Shown here: positions 1 through 6,490 of the stretch, in pieces
How positions within the stretch are numbered: the stretch's first letter is position 1
How the letters are laid out: each line of letters begins with the position of its first letter
DNA from: Octopus sinensis
Taxonomy: Eukaryota
Length of the DNA stretch: 7,678 bases
Direction of reading: 5' to 3'
Assembly (NCBI RefSeq): GCF_006345805.1
Contig: NW_021828781.1
Coordinates: 1-7,678, forward strand
The notes under the pieces: model-generated
Databases searched by the model: none
Told to the model about the DNA's origin: nothing
The model's input: only the letters and a program-made list of their open reading frames with translations
Program-made: the position numbers and the translations under genes

Positions 1-456
1 GGGAGAGCATTCAGGCTTAGTGTCACGCTCGAATGCACGCAAAACCAGACTTCCAACAGCGTATAAAAGGCTGACAATGAACCATAACAAAACAAAAAAA
101 AAATAAATAAACTTCTGATAGCCTGACCGAAACACCACCCATCCCTCCTTTTATTCATCAAGCAACAAGCCTTCACTCATCTATTTCTTCAAATTTCCAT
201 TGAAATACAAATTCCGACCAGAAAATGAAGAAAAAACAAAAAAAAAGCTAAATTAGAAACTTGTCTGGTAAAAGACCGGAACTAACCACAGTTAGCCATA
301 TCTGTCTATTTTTTTTTCTTTTCTTTTTATTTTATTTTATTTTTTTACAATACGTTTGCTCTCTTTGTGTCTTTATTTCCGAGTTCGATTTCGCAAATTA
401 TGTTGGCAACACTAAAACAGGTTTTCTGGAATCACATGACGACGTCACGTCACATC

Positions 457-760
457 CTCTTACGTGTTTATTTCATTTGAATCGTTGGACTGCGGCCATG
501 CTGGAGCACCGTCTCCAAGAGTTTAGCAAAAATCGCCTAGAACCTGGTATCTATTTATTTTATCGTTTTCTAATCGTCAAACGGATAGGATGTGCGAGGC
601 AAAGAGATACAACGCAAACAACACCGACTATAAAATCCGCTTCCAACGTATTGGTCAAGCCAAGGCTGCAGAAGAAGATACTCTTTCAAGGTTCCGTGCA
701 GTGAGATGGAAACCGGGACCTGGAGGTCCCAAAATGAACTTCCTAACCGCGCAGGAACTG
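457..760 (-). mobile_element. Old, diverged copy of the tRNA-derived CORE-like octopus SINE, lacking the central microsatellite linker
   Basis: 653-720 aligns ungapped to the reverse complement of 1036-1103 (47/68 identities by hand count). 457-630 resembles the reverse complement of the SINE 3' module (GGACTGCGGCCATGCTGGAGCACC versus GGTGCTCCAGCATGGCCACAGTC in the 3852-4037 copy). Boundaries are approximate. Confidence 0.8.
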
Positions 761-988
761 TCAGTTCATTGCTTTAATATCTCCAGACACGAATTCACTG
801 CACTTCATGTGCTGTTGGTGTGTTTAAAGCGACATTCAATGCTTCCAGAAGTCCAAGGAGATTGTAACAATTGGCTGGAGTTGGGGAGGGGGGGACAAAA
901 ACATTTGATACGAATTTGAATGTAAAACTTGCAAAAGATGGTTTATATAGAACTGTTTCGGTGTTTGGAAATTCAAACATTATAAATA

Positions 989-1174
989 GGCGTATGAGTG
1001 GCTGTGTGGTAAGTAGCTTGCTTACCAACCATATGGGTTCCGGGTTCATTCCCACTGCATGGCACCTTGGGCAAATGTCTTCTATTATAGCCTCGGGCCG
1101 ACCAAAGCCTTGTGAGTGGATTTGGTAGACGGAAACTGAAGGAAGCCCGTCGTATGTATGTATGTATGTAAGTA

Positions 1175-1266
<92 letters not shown>

Positions 1267-1469
1267 GTGTGTGTGTGGTGTATGTATGTGTGTCTGTGTT
1301 TGCCTCCCACCCCAACATCGCTTGACAACCGATGCTGGTGTGTTTATGTCCCCGTAACTTAGCGGTTCGGCTAAAGAGACCGATAGAATAGGTACAAGGC
1401 TTACAAAGAATAAGTCCTGGGGTCGATTTGCCCCAGCATGGCCGCGTCAAATGAATGAAACAAGTAAAG

Positions 1470-1471
<2 letters not shown>
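989..1471 (+). mobile_element. Full-length tRNA-derived SINE with CORE-like central domain and internal microsatellite linker (octopus OR2-like, by recall)
   Basis: Pol III A box TGGCTGTGTGG (999-1009) and B box GGTTCATTCCC (1043-1053). GGCACCTTGGGCAAATGTCTT (1061-1081) resembles the CORE-SINE motif GTGACCTTGGGCAAGTCACTT. The 3' module 1314-1471 is nearly identical to 3852-4037 and ends in a GTAAAGAG tail. The family name is from memory and unverified. Confidence 0.85.
1153..1313. repeat. Compound microsatellite (TATG)n-(TC)n-(TA)n-(GT)n inside the SINE
   Basis: Seen directly: (TATG) 1153-1170, (TC) about 1175-1194, (TA) about 1195-1266, then a GT-rich stretch and a C-rich tract. Confidence 0.95.

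Positions 1472-1473
<2 letters not shown>

Positions 1474-1519
<46 letters not shown>
1474..1519. repeat. (TA)n microsatellite
   Basis: Seen directly. Confidence 0.97.
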
Positions 1520-1521
<2 letters not shown>

Positions 1522-1602
1522 TGACCAGTAATAAAGCCACAGAAAAAAGTCACAATTTATGGGATCTATACAAAACCCTTGTGACTTTTTTTTACCTGGG
1601 TT
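1520..1602. repeat. Short fold-back (MITE-like) island embedded in TA repeats
   Basis: Perfect 13-bp inverted repeat AAAAAAGTCACAA (1543-1555) / TTGTGACTTTTTT (1579-1591). Weaker outer arms CCAGTAA (1525-1531) / TTACCTGG (1592-1599). (TA)n on both sides. Confidence 0.55.
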
Positions 1603-1633
1603 TATATCTATATATATATATATATATATATAT
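1603..1633. repeat. (TA)n microsatellite
   Basis: Seen directly; one C interruption at 1608. Confidence 0.95.
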
Positions 1634-1718
1634 GACTTCGAAGTTTCGACCAGTTAAGCCACCGTCACACGGAGTAAGTACTCCGATGATGGTTCAACTG
1701 GCCGAAACTTCGAAGTCA
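1633..1718. repeat. 86-bp imperfect inverted repeat; each arm resembles a Penelope-type hammerhead motif
   Basis: Left arm TGACTTCGAAGTTTCGACCAGTTAAGCCACCGTCACACGGAGTA versus the reverse complement of the right arm TGACTTCGAAGTTTCGGCCAGTTGAACCATCATCGGAGTA: 5 transitions plus a 4-nt indel, with a 2-nt spacer AG. Confidence 0.92.
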
Positions 1719-1724
1719 CTCTCC
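1683..1724 (+). ncRNA. Degenerate minimal type-I hammerhead-ribozyme-like motif (Penelope-like element pseudo-LTR type)
   Basis: CCGATGA (CUGANGA with U4>C) at 1683-1689, an extra U, stem II GGTT-CAACT-GGCC (1691-1703), GAAA 1704-1707, stem III C-TTCGAA-G with a palindromic loop, and the GUC cleavage triplet 1715-1717. AATAAA follows at 1746-1751. Stem I adjacent to the core is not canonical. Confidence 0.5.
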
Positions 1725-2228
1725 ACAATGTTCTCGTTTAAGAATAATAAACTTGTTCTCTACAAAAGTATAGAATAACCCCTTCAGATTAATGTAAAAT
1801 TTGTTTTTTATTATAACTGAACATGAAAATAATACACACACACATAATTGTGATAGTGTGCGCGTAATGTATGTACGTTTCTGTGTGTATACACACACAC
1901 ACTTTGAAATATGTTAGTATTTTTAATATGAAAAGATGATTTCAAGGGTGGGGACAGGGAGGAGGGTGTTTTCTTTTTATTCTGGGGAGTTTGTATGTTT
2001 TTCGTTTATTTATTTATTTTTTTTTTTTACATCTTCGACAATCAAACTATTTTTCACACTAAAAGAGAAGATTTCCCTTCATATTTTTTTTGCTCTATCC
2101 GCCAATTTTTAAGTGCTCAATTGATAAATATCGGGTGAAGAAATTCCTGGTCTTTGATGACGACAGTGTGAAATGAAATTTGGACAAATCCTCAACTTGC
2201 ACGCGGTAATGTGTTTCTTACACAGAAA

Positions 2229-2260
2229 ACAACAACAACAGCAACAACAACGACGGCAGC
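2229..2260. repeat. (AAC)n/(CAG)-type trinucleotide microsatellite
   Basis: AACAACAACAACAGCAACAACAACGACGGCAGCAG seen directly. Confidence 0.85.
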
Positions 2261-2604
2261 AGTGATAGTGCTGAAAGTGTTTCGCACATTATCTAAACAA
2301 CTGTATAGAACGACACGACACGCCATTAAGGGCATCGCTGAAGTCCTCCTCCCCACCCCACACCACCCCCTAGCCCTTCCATCATAACCAGCAACCCGTC
2401 TCCCTCGAAATACAACACAAAGCAGAAGAAAAAAACAAAGAAACAAAAATATAATAAAAATACCAAGAAAAAAAAACAAAAAAAACAGCGGAGGACAAAC
2501 CACAAACATCCCGTTTTATCGACCTGAAAAAGCAGCTTTTTCAGTCTCAAATGAAAACCACCTTCTGCAGGACTTAAAAGCTTAAAAACTGCCATTAACC
2601 AATA

Positions 2605-2628
2605 ACACACACACACACACACACACAC
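2605..2628. repeat. (AC)n microsatellite
   Basis: Seen directly. Confidence 0.95.
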
Positions 2629-2675
2629 AAACAAAATCGAGACCACTTACAAAAAACTACATTGTTGTTGCTGTT

Positions 2676-2701
2676 TATTATTATCATTATTATTATTATT
2701 T
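2676..2701. repeat. (ATT)n microsatellite
   Basis: Seen directly. Confidence 0.9.
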
Positions 2702-3067
2702 ATAATAGTATAATGCTCAATATCATTTTATCAAACTCTCAACTCTGAAAGGACGGATATGTACTTGTGCGTATATATTGTATGTATGTATGTGTGGATT
2801 TATCCCATCTAATCTTATCAAAATATGTTATCATTTTACCCAAACCAATAAATAAATAAATAATAATAGCAATTAAATAAACAATTCAAAATAAGAAGTT
2901 TAAAAAAAAAACACCATGAAATATTCACAGAAATTATTGTTACATTCAAAACCGAACTTCCTACCACCACACACTACGGCTAACTCGCAGCGACTCCACA
3001 CATGAATATATATATATTATATACACAAACGTAGTACGCACATATAATAATAATAATGATAATAAAT

Positions 3068-3621
3068 GCCCTGATGCAGTACCAGGCAGTGGCTCTCATG
3101 GCTTCTGATCTTAACTGATTGGAAATGTTATCATGTACATTGTTTTGTCTTGGTATACAAGATGGGATACAGCAAATATTCTGCTCAATACCACAGATTT
3201 GCTTGTCAGTTGTTTGACCTTAACCAGTTGAGCATGTCCCTTAGTGGCTGACGATATGTGCATCTCTGATCACAAGCAGAAGTAGTGGGGGAGCATCATA
3301 GCCATGTGTTGAGAGGGATTCTTTGGGGTTTGAATAATTCACCTCTGGAAACATGGGTGGTTCTTTCAACATCCTTAAACAACCCTTATTCAGGGACCGT
3401 TTGAGCGGGATGGGCTACTCAACCTGAAGAAAATTCAAACTGGGCCCCACCTGCAAGGTCATGTGCTGTTTATCTTGATATGAGATCACCATGTCGCGCA
3501 CATATGGTTGTGATGCATGTGCCTGGTGTACCCTTATCAGACGGGTAGTCATGATGGGTATATTGGGCTCCGTATATTTTACCCCAGTGTTACTTTGATG
3601 GCATGCACTGCTCTCTCACTC
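3068..3621 (+). mobile_element. ~555-bp non-coding interspersed repeat with an (AAT)n tail, probable non-autonomous retroelement
   Basis: Balanced-composition island with sharp edges, bracketed by (AAT)n upstream (about 3046-3066) and downstream (3622-3670). It contains several predicted hairpins, no recognisable ORF and no Pol III boxes. I recall it as a high-copy Octopus repeat (unverified). Confidence 0.65.
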
Positions 3622-3683
3622 AATAATAATAATAATAATAATAATAATATAATAATAATAATAATAATAATCATTATTATTAT
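3622..3683. repeat. (AAT)n array flipping to (ATT)n
   Basis: (AAT)n 3622-3671 with one slip, C at 3672, then ATTATTATTATA. Confidence 0.95.
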
Positions 3684-3851
3684 AGCTCTCAGAGAGCGCA
3701 AACCTCCGCCAAGGCAACATTAGCGTCCCCTCAACGATGAGCCGGAGATGATTTTTAAAATGAGAATATCTGAAATAAACTCGAATGCTCTCACAAAAGA
3801 GAATACTAAAAATGAACCCGACCGCTCTTAAAAATTAAGTTAAAAAAAGTT
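3684..3851 (+). mobile_element. 5' portion of a probable Helentron-associated non-autonomous element (HINE/DINE-1-like), truncated
   Basis: Begins with a short palindrome GCTCTC-A-GAGAGC (3685-3697) followed by the subTIR-like ACCTCCGCCAAGG (3702-3714). I recall this layout from HINE-type elements whose 3' end carries ACCTCCGCC..GGCGGAGGT. The 3' hairpin is absent here. Confidence 0.45.
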
Positions 3852-4037
3852 AACATCGCTTGACAACCGATACTGGTGTGTTTATGTCCCCGTAACTTAG
3901 CGGTTCGGCAAAAGACCGACCGATAGAATAAGTACTAGGCTTACAAAGAATAAGTCCTGGAGTCGATTTGCTCGACTAAAGGCGGTGCTCCAGCATGGCC
4001 ACAGTCACATGACTGAAACAAGTAAAAGAGTAAAGAG
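3852..4037 (+). mobile_element. 3' module of the same SINE as 989-1471 (5'-truncated copy)
   Basis: Near-identical to 1314-1471 (AACATCGCTTGACAACCGAT...GAAACAAGTAAAAGAGTAAAGAG) and retains a 17-bp segment missing from the first copy. Confidence 0.92.
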
Positions 4038-5200
4038 TATGGTACAAAATTACTAGAAGATGACATCATTAGATCGCTGAGGAATAATAAGGGATACATA
4101 CAAGACGATAGGATAATAGAAGTGAAAGATAAAATTTCCGAAGAGTACAAGAGGAAATTCAGAAAGGTGCAAAATTAAACGAAAGGAATACGATGAAAGC
4201 AATAACTGCGTAGGCTAAAACTGTATCAAAATACTCTGTTCCCGTTCCAAAATAGGCAAAAATCGAACCACAGAACTTAGAACTAGGAAACTACTCACAA
4301 TGTACAACACACACCACCCAAAAAGTATTACGACCGATTCTACCTACCAAGAAAGAAAAAGATGCAGATGATTGCTAAACGCAAAGACACTGTTAGGGGT
4401 TGAAAAATTATGATGTACATAGTGAAGAAAGAATACTATCAGCTGTTAGAGATGTCCGAAAAGTGGCTGAAACAGTAAGAGAATTCAAGAACAGAGCTAA
4501 GAACAACAGAACAAGTAGATAACAGAAAAGAAATTTCATGGCCGATCCATGTAACAAGCCGGGGACGGTGGATGTTAAAAGAAAGCTGACTGAGACTGAC
4601 GGACAGAAACCTGAAACGAGAAGCTGATGTGCTAATTATAGCAGCACAGGAACAGGCTGGAAGGACTAATCTGATAGAGACAAAGGTTGACAAACTCAGT
4701 CAGAGAACAATCGCAGAATCTGAGAAAAGAAACGAAAGTATTAACATCTTGAGTGAAAGCAATAGACTAGCATGAAAAGAGTAGAAGTGCAAGCATGACT
4801 GTGTAAGGCATGTTAACCGAATATGTGGCTTTGAAATAACAGAAAAGTGGTATGAACACGTATCAGAGGCTGCGACAGAGAATGAGAAGCACAAGATTCT
4901 ATGAGATTTCCTTATACAGTCCGGCCACTCCAATGAAGCTAGGAGACCAGATATGATCATAGAGGGCACACTAAAACGTGTAAGATCATAGACTTTGCAA
5001 TACTATATGGTAACGGGTTGAATACCAAAGGAATTTTTTTTAGATCTTAGAAATATCAGGTCTTAGCCAGAGAAATGAAGAGGTTGAGGAAGTCTAGGAT
5101 AACAATTATTCCTATGGTAATTGGTATACTTGGTGTAAAAAAAAAACTTAATGGCATCGATGTTACTTGTCTAAAAGGGCTTGTGATGGCTAGGGGCACG
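4038..5200 (+). pseudogene. Degenerate R4/Dong/Rex6-clade non-LTR retrotransposon ORF fragment (post-RT/thumb region, eroded CCHC knuckle, restriction-like endonuclease)
   Basis: Hand translation across frameshifts and stops gives EVKDKISEEYKRKFRKV, KLNERNTMKAIT, RTRKLLTMYNTHHPKS, DRFYLPRK, LKREADVLIIAAQEQAGRTN (AAQEQ from 4641), EKWYEH..ENEKHKIL*DFLIQ, ARRPDMII (RRPD 4941-4952), CKIIDFAI, KYQVLAREMKRL (5051) and IIPMVIGILG (P at 5111). These are hallmark motifs of R4-clade RLE elements. The 3' boundary is approximate. Confidence 0.9.
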
Positions 5201-5634
5201 ACTCTTCCCTCGGGACCCAGTGAGAGAAACATCTAACATCTTCGTGAGTAGCCCGACTGAAATCTGGACCAGAAATTTTTTAGTTATCGATGTCCCCAAT
5301 TTTCGTCCTCTTCCTAAGCACCGTCACCTAAATGAGCTGCAGAAAAGCCTCTCTGACAAACGCTCAGCTCGAAACCTCATCTCAGTTTCTATCCAATAAA
5401 AGATCTGCTCCGAACCAAATCTTAAATATGGAAACGAGCTGCAGAAAAAAAACTCTCGATTATAACAAGGGAATTTTTGTTCAGGCTGTTGCCAGTTTTG
5501 ATGTCTGCCTAAAGAGAGGTGAACTAGTCAGGTTATCACACGAACCTTACCTTATCAACAATTATCGCAGTTTCGGTGGGGAAAGTACAGAAAAATGCTA
5601 AAACAAAGTTCTAACGCATACGATTGCTTTTCAA

Positions 5635-5832
5635 GCAGAGAGCTCTACAACGCGATCGTTCGACCTGTTAGAAAGAGCAGCCAAATCTCACTAAAATCAC
5701 AAACTATCGTCTTAGAAAAGAATATGTTGGATCAAGAGGCTCCGGATTTCTGGCGCATTAAGAAAAGACGGGATGGCCATGACTGAAATACCTTTGATCT
5801 AAGGTCTGCTGGATTAGGGCTAAACAACAACC
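5635..5832 (+). mobile_element. Diverged 3' end of an octopus interspersed retro-repeat ending in an (AAC)n tail
   Basis: ...GAAAGAGCAGCCAAATCTC...AAGACGGGATGGCCATGACTGAAATACCTTTGATC...GGGCTAAACAACAAC resembles a repeat end I recall from Octopus genomes. The short (AAC)n tail is seen directly. Family not identified. Confidence 0.5.
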
Positions 5833-5875
5833 ACTTCATCACTATAACATCCATTGGTATTAGCCAGCAGGACAC

Positions 5876-6005
5876 GAGGAGAGAGAGAGAGGAGAGAGAG
5901 AGGGAGAGAGGGAGAGAGGGAGATGAGAGGAGCGAGAGAAGAGAGAGAAAGAGGGAGGCGGGGAGGAGAGAGAGAGGAGGGAGAGAGAGAGAGAGAGAGA
6001 AGAAG

Positions 6006-6036
<31 letters not shown>

Positions 6037-6490
6037 GAGAGAAAGAGAGGAGAAGAGAGAGGGGGAAAGAGAGAAAGAGAAGAGAGAGAGGAAAGGAAGA
6101 AGAGAGAGGAAAGACGAGAGAAAGAGGGAGAGAGGGGAGAGAGAAAGAGAGAGGGAGAGAGAGAGAGAGAAGAGAGAGAGAGGAGAGAGAGAGAGAGAGA
6201 AAGAGTGACGAGAGAGAGAGAGGGAGAGAGGAGAGGCGAGAGAGAGAGAGGAAGAGAGGAGAGTGGGTGGAGAGAGAGAGAGAAAGAGGATTAGATGAGA
6301 GAGGAGGGAGAGAGAAGCGAGGATAAGATGAGAGAGGAGAGGATGAGAGGGGAGTGGAGAGATGAGAGAAAGATCGAGAGAGAAGAGGAGAAGAAGGGGA
6401 GAGAGAGAGAGGCGGAGAGAGAGACGAGGAGAGAGGAGAAGAGAGCGGAAGAGAGAGACGAACGGAGAGAGAGGAAAGAGAGAGAGAGAG
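5876..6490 (+). repeat. ~615-bp degenerate (GA)n polypurine tract
   Basis: Hand count gives about 25 pyrimidines in 615 nt; 5960-6114 is uninterrupted purine. Confidence 0.97.

Noticed and set aside
61-70. TATA box-like GTATAAAAGG
   Set aside because: It is a good match, but there is no Inr-like site or supportable downstream gene, and such matches are expected by chance in AT-rich DNA.
114-135. CTGATAG..CCGAAAC hammerhead look-alike
   Set aside because: The core is not CUGANGA, and there are no stems II/III or cleavage triplet.
989-1060. tRNA gene
   Set aside because: A/B boxes are present, but I found no complete cloverleaf or T-run terminator, and it continues into SINE body sequence.
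261-1128. ORFs 261-704, 590-919, 795-1055 and 871-1128
   Set aside because: They run through T tracts and SINE copies and show no recognisable protein motifs.
1162-1898. YI/CV-repeat ORFs, likewise 2192-2646, 3517-3723 and 6979-7368
   Set aside because: These are translations of (TA)n, (GT)n, (AAT)n or A-rich tracts.
2640-2660. Minus-strand GTAAGT donor (CACTTAC on the plus strand)
   Set aside because: Poor exonic context (T run) and the upstream sequence is (TAA)/(CAA) low complexity with no coding signal.
3248-3365. CTGACGA (3248) ... GAAAC (about 3348) as a hammerhead in the 555-bp element
   Set aside because: No stem II closing pair adjacent to GAAA and no stem I.
1314-4037. CRISPR-like or prokaryotic repeat system from the long repeated segments
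   Set aside because: The repeats are dispersed SINE copies in eukaryotic DNA, with no regular repeat-spacer array or cas genes.
3941-4969. Minus-strand ORFs 3941-4150, 4439-4693 and 4700-4969
   Set aside because: They are antisense shadows of the purine-rich R4 fossil; the real homology is on the plus strand.
5332-5786. ORFs 5332-5601 and 5595-5786 (APDFW...D*NTFDL faintly like the mariner WPPSSPDLNPLDY region)
   Set aside because: There is no DDD/E context, and that segment is better explained as the non-coding repeat end with the (AAC)n tail.
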